Source: an uncultured Thermus sp. (lineage in GTDB: Bacteria; Deinococcota; Deinococci; Deinococcales; Thermaceae). Taken from it: a DNA stretch of 64,000 bases. Positions 30,777 through 40,146 of the stretch are shown one piece after another. Position 1 is the stretch's first letter, and the number at the start of each line of letters is the position of its first letter. The stretch covers positions 96,001 through 160,000 of the forward strand of contig CAMTVD010000014.1 of assembly GCA_947085095.1 (NCBI GenBank). The letters are read 5' to 3'. The position numbers and the translations under genes are program-made. The notes beneath the pieces are model-generated. The model saw only the letters and a list, made by a program, of their open reading frames with translations, did no database searches and was not told where the DNA came from.

Positions 30777-31831
30777 AGGGCCTCCACAAGGCGCACGTAG
30801 TCTTGGCCCGCGGCCTCCACCTCCGAAAGGGGGATGGCCTCCTTCAGGGTGTGGGCCAGGGCGGGGTCCCCGGGGCCAAAGCCCAAAACCGGGGCCTTGG
30901 CCCCCAGGTAGGGGGCATCGGTGGTGAAGGGCCAAAGCCCGGCCTCCGTCTGCCCCAGGGCCTTGAGGGCCACTTGGAGGAGGGGGTGGTCAGGGGGGAG
31001 GCGGTAAGGGGGCCAGAGGGCGGGGATTACCATGCGCACCTCCCCCGAGGCCCGCTCCTCCTCGGGGACGTAGACCGAGGCGGTTCCCAAGGTCTTAAGG
31101 ATCTCCCAAAGCTTTTCCAGGTCCGCCTCCGGCTCGTAGCGCACGTCCAGGTAGAGGCGCACCACCCCTGGGGTCTGGTTGCGGGCCCCGGGGAAGGTGT
31201 CCACCCGGGTGGGGGTGAGCTTGAGGCCGGGAAGGGGGGGAAGCTCCCTCAAGGAGAGAAGGTAGTCCGCCAGGTCGTAGAGGGCGTTCTCCGGTCCCGA
31301 AAGGGCGGCGTGCCCTGCCTCCCCCTCAAAGTCCAAGAAGACCTCGGCCCGGCCCCGGTGCCCCCGCATGAGCCTGCGCCCCGAAGGCTCCCCCAGGATG
31401 AAGGCCAGGGGGGAAAGCCTCTTTGCGGCGTAGCGGCTCCCCAGGCCCCCCACCTCCTCCTGCACCGTGGCCAGGAAGCGCACCCGCCCCTTAAGGGGCC
31501 TTCCCTTCAGCTCTTCCAGGGCCAGGAGCATGGCCACCAGGGGGCCTTTCATGTCCACCGCCCCCCGGCCATAGACCAGCCCCCCCACAAGGGTCCCCTG
31601 GGGGTGGGGCCAGGCGGCCACGTCCCCGGCGGGGACCACGTCCAGGTGCCCGGCCAGGACCACCTCGGGCTCCTTTTCCCCCAGGAGGGCCTCCACGTTG
31701 CCCGCCTCGTCCAGCCCCGCCTCGAGGCCCATCCCCTTCAAGGCCTCCAAAAGGAGGGCCGCCGCCTCCCCCTCCTGCCCGGGGAGGCTTTCCGCCTGGA
31801 GGAGGCGGGAGAGGAGCCTGACCCAGTCCAC
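30761..31831 (-). CDS. M20 family metallopeptidase/deacetylase (ArgE/LysK-like)
   Basis: GHLDVVP, GRGAVDMKG, QEEVG, GEPS, AHT. Confidence 0.88.
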   Translation of the reverse strand: MDWVRLLSRLLQAESLPGQEGEAAALLLEALKGMGLEAGLDEAGNVEALLGEKEPEVVLAGHLDVVPAGDVAAWPHPQGTLVGGLVYGRGAVDMKGPLVAMLLALEELKGRPLKGRVRFLATVQEEVGGLGSRYAAKRLSPLAFILGEPSGRRLMRGHRGRAEVFLDFEGEAGHAALSGPENALYDLADYLLSLRELPPLPGLKLTPTRVDTFPGARNQTPGVVRLYLDVRYEPEADLEKLWEILKTLGTASVYVPEEERASGEVRMVIPALWPPYRLPPDHPLLQVALKALGQTEAGLWPFTTDAPYLGAKAPVLGFGPGDPALAHTLKEAIPLSEVEAAGQDYVRLVEALWNAA

Positions 31832-31835
31832 GCCC

Positions 31836-32552
31836 CTATCCTACACCCCGGGCCAGAGCCGCCTGGTAGAGGGCGATGCCCAGGGCCACGGAGGCGTTCA
31901 AGGACTCGGCCTCGGGCCGGATGGGGATGCGGAAGAGCTCGTCGCAACTTTCCCTCACCAGCCTGCGCATCCCTTCCCCTTCCGAGCCCACCACCAGGGC
32001 CAGGGGCCTTGTGAAGTCCAGCTCTCTCGGGGTCTTCTCCCCCCCCAGGTCCAGGCCGTAGACCCAAAGCCCCCGTTCCTTGAGCTCTTTGAGGGCCCGG
32101 GGAAGGTTCTTCACCCGGATGACGGGAAGCTTCAGGGCGGCCCCGGCGCTGGCCTTCAGGGCCAGGGGGGAAAGGGGGGCGGCCCGCCTTTCCTCGGAGA
32201 GGACCCCGTGGGCCCCCAGGGCCAGGGCGCTCCGGATCATGGCCCCGTAGTTCCGGGGGTCGGTGATCCCGTCCAGGACCACCAGGAGGGGGGGGTCCTT
32301 CCGGGACGCCGCCAGGCGGAAGGCCTCGTCCAGGGGGGCGTAGCGGGGCTCCTCCACCTCCGCCGCTACCCCCTGGTGGTGGGTGGTCCTGAGGAGGGTG
32401 TCCAGCTCAATGCGGGGGACCAGGGTGTACTGGGCCCCAAGCCCCTCCAGCTGGCGGAGGAGCCAGCCTTCCACCCCCTTGGCCACCAGGACCCGCCGGG
32501 CCCGCCCCTCCTTCAGGGCCTCGAGGACCGGGTTCCGCCCGTAGATCCACAT
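31836..32552 (-). CDS. rlmB: 23S rRNA 2'-O-methyltransferase, TrmH/SPOUT family
   Basis: IYGRNPV, HQGV, DPRNYGAMIRSA, GSEGEG, SLNASVA. Confidence 0.88.
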   Translation of the reverse strand: MWIYGRNPVLEALKEGRARRVLVAKGVEGWLLRQLEGLGAQYTLVPRIELDTLLRTTHHQGVAAEVEEPRYAPLDEAFRLAASRKDPPLLVVLDGITDPRNYGAMIRSALALGAHGVLSEERRAAPLSPLALKASAGAALKLPVIRVKNLPRALKELKERGLWVYGLDLGGEKTPRELDFTRPLALVVGSEGEGMRRLVRESCDELFRIPIRPEAESLNASVALGIALYQAALARGVG

Positions 32553-32597
32553 GGCCCGAGTCTACGACGCTGGTATGATGTTGGGGAAGGAGGCGCT

Positions 32598-33032
32598 ATG
32601 TACAAGACCATCCTTATGCCCACGGACGGGAGCCCCTGTAGCTTCCAGGCCATGGAACACGGCCTCAGCCTGGCCCAGGCCCTAGGGGCCAAGGTCCACT
32701 TCCTCTACGTCCTGGAGAACCCCGCCCAGGCCATCTGGATCGCCCCGGAAAGCGTCCCCTATGGCCTTGAGCTTCTGGAGGACCTGAAGAAGGCGGCGGG
32801 GGAGGCCATCGCCAAGGCCCTGGCCCTGGCCCGGGAGAGGGGGGTGGAGGCCACGGGGGAGGTGAAGGAGGGGGTGCCCATCCCCACCATCGTGGAGGCG
32901 GCCCAGGGCTTTGACCTTTTGGTCATGGGCACCCACGGGCGCACCGGCCTGGACAAGCTCCTCCTGGGCTCGGTGACGGAAGGGGTCCTGCACCGGGTCT
33001 CCATCCCCGTCCTGGTGGTGCGCTGCCGCTAG
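32598..33032 (+). CDS. Universal stress protein
   Basis: MYKTILMPTDGS...DLLVMGTHGRTGLDKLLLGSVTEGVL; AGGAGG SD. Confidence 0.93.
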   Translation: MYKTILMPTDGSPCSFQAMEHGLSLAQALGAKVHFLYVLENPAQAIWIAPESVPYGLELLEDLKKAAGEAIAKALALARERGVEATGEVKEGVPIPTIVEAAQGFDLLVMGTHGRTGLDKLLLGSVTEGVLHRVSIPVLVVRCR

Positions 33033-33056
33033 GTCAGCCCCCAAGGGCTTACCTTG

Positions 33057-33572
33057 ATGCGCCTTGTTTCGGTCTTCGTCTCCTCCCGGCTTTCCCCGGA
33101 GGACCCCCTTTACCCCAGGCTGGTGCGCTACGGGGAGGTCCTGGCCGAGGAGGGGTTTGGCCTCGCCTCGGGAGGGTACCAGGGGGGGATGGCCGCCCTG
33201 GCCCGGGGGGTGAAGGCCAGGGGAGGGCTGGTGGTGGGGGTCACGGCTCCCGCCCTCTTTCCCGAACGGAAGGGGCCTAACCCCCACGTGGACCTGGAGC
33301 TTCCCGCGGCCACCCTGCCTGAGCGCATCGGCCGCCTTTTGGACCTGGGGGCGGGGTATCTGGCCCTGCCCGGGGGGGTGGGCACCCTGGCGGAGCTCAC
33401 CCTGGCCTGGAACCTCCTCTACCTGCGGCGGGGCCTGGGGCGGCCCCTGGCCGTGGACCCCTACTGGCTTTCCTTCCTCCGGCCCCACGGGGAGATCGCC
33501 CGGGAGGATTTGGATTTGATACAGGTGGTTGCGGACGAAAAAGACTTGAGGGCCTTCCTGAGGTCGCTATGA
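33057..33572 (+). CDS. LOG family nucleotide-binding protein
   Basis: [19 protein letters not shown]. Confidence 0.88.
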   Translation: MRLVSVFVSSRLSPEDPLYPRLVRYGEVLAEEGFGLASGGYQGGMAALARGVKARGGLVVGVTAPALFPERKGPNPHVDLELPAATLPERIGRLLDLGAGYLALPGGVGTLAELTLAWNLLYLRRGLGRPLAVDPYWLSFLRPHGEIAREDLDLIQVVADEKDLRAFLRSL

Positions 33573-33937
33573 GCGAGACCCTTCTCGTCCACGTCCCCGA
33601 CTTGGGCCAGGGGGTGAGCTTTTACCAGGCCTTGGGCCTGGCCCTCGAGGCGCTGCTCCCCGAAAAGGAAGCCCTCCTGGCCCCGGGGGAAGGCCCCCTC
33701 CTCCTCCTCCGGCCGGGGACGGGAGGGGTGGAGCGGGGGCCGCAAAGGCCCAGGCCCGAGGGGCGGGGCTTCGCCCGGCTGAGGCTGGAGGAGGGGCGGT
33801 TGGTCTTCTTGGTGGAGAGCCTGGCCCACGAGCGGCTCCGCCTCTCCAAGTATGGCCTTCCCTTCCTGGAGGCCGGGGCGCACCTCCTCCTCTTTGACCC
33901 CGGGGAAAACCCCATCCTGGTGCGGGAGGGCCCGTGA
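33569..33937 (+). CDS. Hypothetical VOC/glyoxalase-like protein
   Basis: VHVPDL...FYQALG and FDPGEN patterns; ATGA overlap. Confidence 0.65.
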   Translation: MSETLLVHVPDLGQGVSFYQALGLALEALLPEKEALLAPGEGPLLLLRPGTGGVERGPQRPRPEGRGFARLRLEEGRLVFLVESLAHERLRLSKYGLPFLEAGAHLLLFDPGENPILVREGP

Positions 33938-34683
33938 AGCGGCTTTGGCTTCTGGACCTGGACGACACCCTCCTCCAGGACCACGGGGTGAGCCAGGAGG
34001 TCCTGGAGGCCTTGGGAAGGGCTTTGGGGGTGGAGGGGCTTTTCCCGGCGGTGAAGGCCAAGGCCGAGGCCCACTTCCTTAAGGCTCCCTTTTACCCCTG
34101 GGCCGAGGCCATCGGCCACTCCGCCCTGGAGGCCCTCTGGGCCCGGTACTCCACCCCGGGCCTGGAGGGCCTGGCCGCCTGGGCCAAGGGCTTCCGCCAG
34201 AGGGTCTTCCGCGAGGCTTTGGAGGCCCTGGGAGGGCCGGTGGAAAGGGCCGGGGAGCTGGCCGAGGCCTTCTTCCGGGAGAGGCGCCGCTACCCCCTCT
34301 TTCCCGAGGTGCCGGAGTTCCTCGCCGCCCTGAAGGAAATGGGGGCCATCCCCGTCCTCCTCACCAACGGGGTGCCGGACCTGCAGCGGGAGAAGCTGGT
34401 GGGGTCGGGGCTAAAGGAGGCCTTCCCCCTCACCCTGGTCTCCGGGGAGGTGGGCCTGGGCAAGCCGGACCCCAGGCTCTTCCGCATGGCCCTTTGCGCC
34501 TATGGGGTGGCCACAGAGGAGGCGGTCATGGTGGGGGACAACCCGGAGCGGGACATCCAGGGAGCCCTGCTCGCCGGGGTCACCGCCGTCTGGGTGGACC
34601 GGGGCCACCGCCCCCCTGACCCCCGCTTCCCCCCCCACCTCACCGTGAGGGACCTGCGGCAGGCCCTGGCCCTTTTGGGGTAG
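33934..34683 (+). CDS. HAD-superfamily hydrolase
   Basis: DLDDTL, LTNG, GKPD, VGDNPERDI. Confidence 0.92.
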   Translation: MKRLWLLDLDDTLLQDHGVSQEVLEALGRALGVEGLFPAVKAKAEAHFLKAPFYPWAEAIGHSALEALWARYSTPGLEGLAAWAKGFRQRVFREALEALGGPVERAGELAEAFFRERRRYPLFPEVPEFLAALKEMGAIPVLLTNGVPDLQREKLVGSGLKEAFPLTLVSGEVGLGKPDPRLFRMALCAYGVATEEAVMVGDNPERDIQGALLAGVTAVWVDRGHRPPDPRFPPHLTVRDLRQALALLG

Positions 34684-34693
34684 GCTTGGGGCC

Positions 34694-35080
34694 ATGTACG
34701 AGGTCCTCCTCCTCCACAACCTGTTGCGCTGGGCGGTCCTCCTCTTCGGGGCCTGGGCCCTTTTGGAGCCGAAGCCCCGCCCTGGGGCCTTCTTCGCCCA
34801 CACCCTTACCCTGCAGGTGGTCCTGGGGGTGGTCCTGGCCTTCCTTAGCCCCCTTTTCCAGGGGGCCCTGGTGGCCCTGGACGAGGTCATGCGCACCCCC
34901 GGCGAGGCCCGCTACTTCGTGGCGGAGCACTGGGTGGGGGGGCTTTTGGCTTTGGGCCTGGCCCACGGGGGGCTTGCCCAGGCCCGCAAAGGGAAGCCCT
35001 TGGCCCGGCTCCTCTTCGCCCTAGCCTTCCTCGTCCTCCTCCTCTCCATCCCCTGGTTCCGGCCCCTTTTCCGGCTCTAA
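34694..35080 (+). CDS. Hypothetical membrane protein with conserved-looking His residues
   Basis: About four TM helices; LHNLLRW, EHWVG, IPW. Confidence 0.7.
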   Translation: MYEVLLLHNLLRWAVLLFGAWALLEPKPRPGAFFAHTLTLQVVLGVVLAFLSPLFQGALVALDEVMRTPGEARYFVAEHWVGGLLALGLAHGGLAQARKGKPLARLLFALAFLVLLLSIPWFRPLFRL

Positions 35081-35120
35081 GGGGCGGCCCAGGGTCTTTT
35101 CCACGAGCCTCGGACGCTAT

Positions 35121-35675
35121 TTAAAGCAAGCGGGCCACCTCCAGGCTCACCTCGGGGAAGGCCAGGGGGCTCACCCTGTCCCTGGGCCTGAGGAGGGAGG
35201 CCTCCCGGTAGCCCTGGGACGAGGGGGAGCGGAAGAGGTGGAGCGCCCTCTCCTCCAGGTCCAAAACCCACACCTCCGGGATTCCGTGCCGGGCGTATAG
35301 GGGCACTTTGCGCTCCAGGTCATGGGCCTTGGAGGACTCGGCCACCTCCACCAGGAGGAGAACATCCTCGGGGCCAGGGTGGGCCTCCAGGTACAGGTCC
35401 TCCCGAGGCTTGAGGAGGGCTAGGTCCGGTTGCGGCTCAGAGAAGGTGTCCAGACGCACGGGGTCGTGGATGGCCATGAGGCAGCGCCCCTGGGCCTCGA
35501 GGGGAGAGAGGAGGAGGCGCAGGCGGCGCAAGGCGGCGGCGTGGCGGCTTCCGATGGGGCTCATCTGCCAAAGCTCCCCTTCCAAGAGCTCCACCCGGTC
35601 GTCCTCCCCTAGGAGGCCTGCTTCCACCATCCGGTGGTACTCCTCCGCGGTGAAGCGCTTGCGAACCGGGGTCAT
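35121..35675 (-). CDS. Uma2 family PD-(D/E)XK endonuclease-like protein
   Basis: RVELLEG...MSPIG..H, EPQPD, LVEVAESS...D...K...YA..GIPEVWV. Confidence 0.92.
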   Translation of the reverse strand: MTPVRKRFTAEEYHRMVEAGLLGEDDRVELLEGELWQMSPIGSRHAAALRRLRLLLSPLEAQGRCLMAIHDPVRLDTFSEPQPDLALLKPREDLYLEAHPGPEDVLLLVEVAESSKAHDLERKVPLYARHGIPEVWVLDLEERALHLFRSPSSQGYREASLLRPRDRVSPLAFPEVSLEVARLL

Positions 35676-35679
35676 GGTT

Positions 35680-36471
35680 TCAGTCTAACCCGTAGGCCAC
35701 CGCCGCGTACCCCACCACCCGCCTCCCGTCCCCGGAGGCCTCGGCGCTGGTGGCGTAGGCGAGGAGCCTGGGTTTCCAGCCCAGGCGGCGGGCCAGGGCG
35801 GTGAGGCTGGCCCAGGGGAGGCGGCCGCAGGCCTCGGCCTGGGCCAGGGCCTCGGCCTCTAGGCTTAGGGCGGCCTCCAGGGTCCTCCCGTCCCGCTCCC
35901 GGGCCAGGGGGTCCGGGTGGTAGTGGGAGAGGTCGCTACTGGCCACGAGGAGGTCCGTGGGAAGGAGCTCCTCCAGGAGGGCTTCGGCCACCTTGAGGGG
36001 GTCTGCCTCCCCGAAGAGGAGGGGGAGGATGGGCACCCCGGGGAGGGTCACCTGGAGGAAGGGGAGGAGGACCTCGAGGCTGTGCTCCTCCAAGAAGGGC
36101 TCCTCTAGCTCCAGGAAGGGGGAGCCCTTCCTTAGAAGCCTCCCGCCCCCCTCCAGGTCCACGGCCACCTCCCCCAAGGGGGTGCGCCAGGCCCGGTAGG
36201 GGTAGAAGGCCACCCCCAAAAAGGGGACGAAGTGGCTGGGGCCCAGAAGAAAGGCCCTCCCCGCCCGTCCCCGCCAGCCGGAGAGGGCCTGGAAGCTTTC
36301 CGCCGCCACCTTCCCCGAGTAGAAGTAGCCCGCGTGGGGGGAGAGGACCCCCCGGGCCCTCGAGGGCGGGGTCTTGGCGGCCCTTAGGAGGGCTTCCACC
36401 TCCTTCCGCAGGGCCTCCTCATCCTTAGGGTAAAAGTACCCCGCCACCCTTTCTTTCCTCACCAGGTCCAT
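35680..36471 (-). CDS. amrB: AmmeMemoRadiSam system protein B (MEMO1 family)
   Basis: VAGYFYP, PHAGYFYSG, GPSH, EHSLEV, SSDLSHY, ACG, VVGY. Confidence 0.9.
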   Translation of the reverse strand: MDLVRKERVAGYFYPKDEEALRKEVEALLRAAKTPPSRARGVLSPHAGYFYSGKVAAESFQALSGWRGRAGRAFLLGPSHFVPFLGVAFYPYRAWRTPLGEVAVDLEGGGRLLRKGSPFLELEEPFLEEHSLEVLLPFLQVTLPGVPILPLLFGEADPLKVAEALLEELLPTDLLVASSDLSHYHPDPLARERDGRTLEAALSLEAEALAQAEACGRLPWASLTALARRLGWKPRLLAYATSAEASGDGRRVVGYAAVAYGLD

Positions 36472-37511
36472 ACCCCAGGGATCCTCCTCCCGCACCCCGG
36501 GCAAACCCCGGGCTCCTGCCAGAGGGCTTCCACCCTGAACCCCCGCCTGCGGAGAAGGAGGCGGCCGCAGTCCGGGCAGAAGGTGGAGCTCCTTGCCTCG
36601 TCCAGGACGTTGCCCACGTAGACGAACCTCAGCCCCTCCTCCTTGGCGATCCCGTGGGCCCTGACCAGGGTGGCGTGGCGGGTGGGCCTTAGGTCGGGCA
36701 TGCGGAAATCGGGGTGGGCGGCGGTGAGGTGCCAGGGGATCTCCGGGGAGAGGCCTTTGAGGAAGCGGGCCATGGCCCGGATCTCCTCCTCCCCGTCGTT
36801 GTAGCCCTCCAGGAGCAGGCTGGTCACCTCCACCCAGACCCCCAAGGCCACCAGGTGCTCCAGGCTCTCCAGGACGGGCTTAAGCCGGGCTCCGCAGACC
36901 TCCCGGTAGAACCTCTCGCTGAAGCCCTTCAGGTCCACGTTGGCCGCGTCCAGGTAGGGGCGGATGTAGTCCCAGGCCTCCTTGGTCTCAAAGCCGCTGG
37001 TCACGAAGACGTTCTTCATGCCCCGGGCCTTGGCCAGCTTGGCGGTGTCGTGGGCGTACTCTATAAAGACGGCGGGCTCGTTGTAGGTGTAGGCGAGAAG
37101 CCTCACTCCCAGGGCCTCGGCCTCGGCCACGATCCTTTCCGGGGGCCAGTCCTCGCCGATGGGCCGGTCCAGATGGCCCTCCGGGCTCACGGAAAACTCC
37201 CGGAACTGGGAGATGGCCCAGTTTTGGCAGAAGGCGCAGAAGAGGTTGCAGCCCACGGTGCCCAGGGAGAGGATCCCCTCCCCGGGGTGGAAGTGGTAGA
37301 GGGGCTTCTTCTCCACCGGGTCCAGGTGCACCGCGGCCGCCTTGCCGTAGGTGACCAGGTAAAGCCTCCCGCCCAGGTTGCGGCGCACCCCGCACTTCCC
37401 CGCCCCCCCTGGGGGAACCGCGCAGTAGTGGGCGCAGGCCCGGCACTGCACGTAGCCCTTGGGCAGGGGGCGCTTCAGGTCCGCTTCCCTTAGGGTGGTG
37501 GTCAGGGTCAT
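36459..37511 (-). CDS. amrS: AmmeMemoRadiSam system radical SAM enzyme
   Basis: CxxCxxxC N-terminal site, DPVEKKPLYHFHPG, GCNLFCAFCQN, TYNEP, C-terminal CxxC pairs. Confidence 0.92.
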   Translation of the reverse strand: MTLTTTLREADLKRPLPKGYVQCRACAHYCAVPPGGAGKCGVRRNLGGRLYLVTYGKAAAVHLDPVEKKPLYHFHPGEGILSLGTVGCNLFCAFCQNWAISQFREFSVSPEGHLDRPIGEDWPPERIVAEAEALGVRLLAYTYNEPAVFIEYAHDTAKLAKARGMKNVFVTSGFETKEAWDYIRPYLDAANVDLKGFSERFYREVCGARLKPVLESLEHLVALGVWVEVTSLLLEGYNDGEEEIRAMARFLKGLSPEIPWHLTAAHPDFRMPDLRPTRHATLVRAHGIAKEEGLRFVYVGNVLDEARSSTFCPDCGRLLLRRRGFRVEALWQEPGVCPGCGRRIPGVWTW

Positions 37512-37541
37512 TTGATAGCGCTAATCTCAGTATAGCAAACT

Positions 37542-38951
37542 GTGGGCGTGGCTCCCTTTCCCCCCGAGAAGGAAGAGGACTTCGCCCCCTTCTTCCCCAA
37601 GGAGGTCCTGCGCCGGGGCCTGGCCTACGCCAAGGAGGGCCGGGTGCGCCGGATCTACCGGGTGGGGGAGCGGCTCCTTGGCGAGGTCCAGGGCTCGGCC
37701 CCCGAGCCCTACCGGGTGGAGGTGGGGCCGGGCCTTTGGGGAAGCTGCACCTGCCCTTATCCGGACTTCCCTTGCAAGCACGCGGCGGCCCTCCTCTACG
37801 CCTACCTCGAGGCCCGCCCCCGGGAGGACCTCATGGAGGTCCTGGACCGCCTCTCCCCGGAAGAGGCGAAGGGCCTTTTGCGGGGCCTGGCCCAGGTGCC
37901 GGAGGTGGCCCTTTTCCTGGGGGAGGCCCTCCTCCCCGAGAGGAGCTTCCTAGAGGCGGTGCGGGCCCTGCGCCAGGCTTTTTTCCTGGGGGGCGGGGAG
38001 AGGGAGGCCAGGGAACTTCTCTTCAGGCTAAGGAAGGCCAAGGCGAAGGAGGTCTTGGCCTTTCTGGAGGCCCTCCTCGAGGCCCCCTTTGACCCGGAGC
38101 CCTACCTCCGGGCCGGGGTGGGGCGGTACCGGGAGGTTTCCCAAGACCCCCTCCCCCTTCTCCACCTCTACCTGAGGGCCCTTTCCCCTGCCTTGGAGGA
38201 GGCCGTCCTGGACTTGGGGAAAAGGGAGCCAGAAAGGCTTCTTCCCCACCTTGCCGGCAAGGACCCTGGGGGGTTCAAGCGGGCCTTGAAGGTCAGGCTC
38301 CTCTTCGCCTTAGGACGGGAGGAGGAGGCCTTGGGCCTCATGCGGGAGCACCTGGAGGGCCCCGAGGACTACCTGGCCCTGGTGGAGCGCCTCCTCGCCC
38401 TGGGCCGGGAGGCGGAGGCCCTGCGCTACGCGGAGGAGGCCCTAGCCTGGTTCGGCAAGGACCCGAGGCTCTTCCCCTTGGCGGACCTCCTGGCGAGGAG
38501 GCGGGGAAGGCCCGAGGACCTCCTCCTCCGCTTCGCCCTGAAGCCCAGCCTCGAGGACTACGCCGCCCTCAAGGCCCTCCTGGGCAAGGCCTTTCCGGAA
38601 AAGCGGCGGGAGCTTTTGCGCCTGGTGAAAGACCCCGTTCTCCTCGCCCGCATCCACCTCCTGGAGGAGGACTGGCGGGCCTTGGACCGCCTCCTGAAGG
38701 GGGCTTCCCCGGAGGCCTACCCCGCCTTGGCGGAGGCCCTGGAGGAGCGGCTTCCCCAGGAGGCCCTGCGCCTCTACCTGGAGGCGGCCCAGGGGCTCAT
38801 TGCGGCCATGGGGCGGAGCCGCTACCGGGAGGCGGCCAGGCTCCTGGCCCGGGCCAGGGCCCTGGACCCGGGGCGGGTGGCCGCCTTCCTGAAGGGCCTG
38901 AAGGCCCTCTACCCCCACCGCCGGGCCCTGTGGGAGGAGCTTGGCTCTTAA
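37542..38951 (+). CDS. SWIM zinc-finger protein with helical repeat C-terminus
   Basis: RGLAY...VQGS...Y.V...CTCP...CKHAAA. Confidence 0.85.
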   Translation: MGVAPFPPEKEEDFAPFFPKEVLRRGLAYAKEGRVRRIYRVGERLLGEVQGSAPEPYRVEVGPGLWGSCTCPYPDFPCKHAAALLYAYLEARPREDLMEVLDRLSPEEAKGLLRGLAQVPEVALFLGEALLPERSFLEAVRALRQAFFLGGGEREARELLFRLRKAKAKEVLAFLEALLEAPFDPEPYLRAGVGRYREVSQDPLPLLHLYLRALSPALEEAVLDLGKREPERLLPHLAGKDPGGFKRALKVRLLFALGREEEALGLMREHLEGPEDYLALVERLLALGREAEALRYAEEALAWFGKDPRLFPLADLLARRRGRPEDLLLRFALKPSLEDYAALKALLGKAFPEKRRELLRLVKDPVLLARIHLLEEDWRALDRLLKGASPEAYPALAEALEERLPQEALRLYLEAAQGLIAAMGRSRYREAARLLARARALDPGRVAAFLKGLKALYPHRRALWEELGS

Positions 38952-39095
38952 TACCACCCCATGCTGGCTTGCGCCCGCATGGGGGCCCCGGCAAAAGGTT
39001 CCTGGGGAAGTGGACCGAAGCAGGAAACTAGGATATAAGTGCCCTGCCGTGGCTTTCGCCGCGGTGGGGACCCCAAAAGCAAGGTGGCCACTTAA
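38948..39095. repeat. Intergenic double-hairpin element (REP/MITE-like)
   Basis: Hairpins at 38957-38984 and 39042-39069; TTAA at 38948-38951 and 39092-39095. Confidence 0.45.
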
Positions 39096-39129
39096 CGGCT
39101 TTCTCAGCCTCCTTGGGGAGAATAGAGGG

Positions 39130-40146
39130 GTGGAGCGGTTTCCCTGGGTAGAGGTTTTTCGCGGCCTGGCCATCTTGGAGGTGGTCCTGCACCACCTCCT
39201 GGGCCGCTTTCTGCGGGAGGTGCCCCCGGAAACACCCCTCTGGTTCCTCCTGGCGGCCTTAAACCGCACCCTCCACTTCGCCGTGCCCGCCTTCCTCTTC
39301 CTCACCGCCTTGGTGATCGGGGCCAGCTTCTGGCGCTCCTTCTCCCTGGGGCGCTACCTGCGAAACCGGGCCCTAAGGCTCCTCTGGCCCTACCTCCTTT
39401 GGAGCGGGGTCTACCTGGCCTTCCGCTACTGGGATTACGGGGTCTTCCAGCCGGAGCGCATCCCCCACCAGCTCCTCTGGGGCAAGGCCTACTTCCACCT
39501 TTACTTTCTGGCGGTGGCCCTCCAGCTCACCCTTATTCTGCCCCTCTTCCTCCCCATGGTGCGGGGGCGGGTCCACGGGGGCTGGTTTCTCCTCCTGGGC
39601 CTAGGGGGCACCCTTCTCATCTACCTCCTCAACCGCCACTACCGCTTCCTGCCCTATCCCGGGAGCTTCGTCCTATGGTACCTTCCCGCCATCGCCTTGG
39701 GCCTTTACCTAGCGAGCCGCCTGGAGCTTCTTCCCCGTCTCCTCCGCCTCTGGCCCCTGGCCCTGGGCCTGGCCTTGCTGGGGCTTGGCCTTTACCTGCC
39801 CCTGGCCCTCGAGGCCCTGCAGAAGCGGCCCGTCAACACCATGCACTACCAGCTGGCCCACTGGCTCTACACCACGGCCATGGCCTTCCTCCTCCTGGCC
39901 CTGGCCCACCGCTTGGCCCAGACTCGCTGGCGGCCCCTTCTGGCCTTCCTGGGCCGCTACTCCCTGCAGATCTACCTCCTCCACCCCATGGTGGTGCGCC
40001 TCCTGGAGAAAAACCCCACCTTCCCCGAACCCCTGGGCCTCAAGCCCGCCTTTTTGATATACCTCGTTCTGGTCCTAGGCCTCCCTCTGCTCCTGGCCCA
40101 CCTTCTGGCCCGGGTCCGGGCCTCCCTCCTCCTTTTTGGCCGATGA
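39130..40146 (+). CDS. Acyltransferase family 3 membrane protein
   Basis: RGLAILEVVLHH, FAVPAFLF, RALRLLWPYLLWS, YFHLYF, YSLQIYLLH. Confidence 0.9.
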   Translation: MERFPWVEVFRGLAILEVVLHHLLGRFLREVPPETPLWFLLAALNRTLHFAVPAFLFLTALVIGASFWRSFSLGRYLRNRALRLLWPYLLWSGVYLAFRYWDYGVFQPERIPHQLLWGKAYFHLYFLAVALQLTLILPLFLPMVRGRVHGGWFLLLGLGGTLLIYLLNRHYRFLPYPGSFVLWYLPAIALGLYLASRLELLPRLLRLWPLALGLALLGLGLYLPLALEALQKRPVNTMHYQLAHWLYTTAMAFLLLALAHRLAQTRWRPLLAFLGRYSLQIYLLHPMVVRLLEKNPTFPEPLGLKPAFLIYLVLVLGLPLLLAHLLARVRASLLLFGR

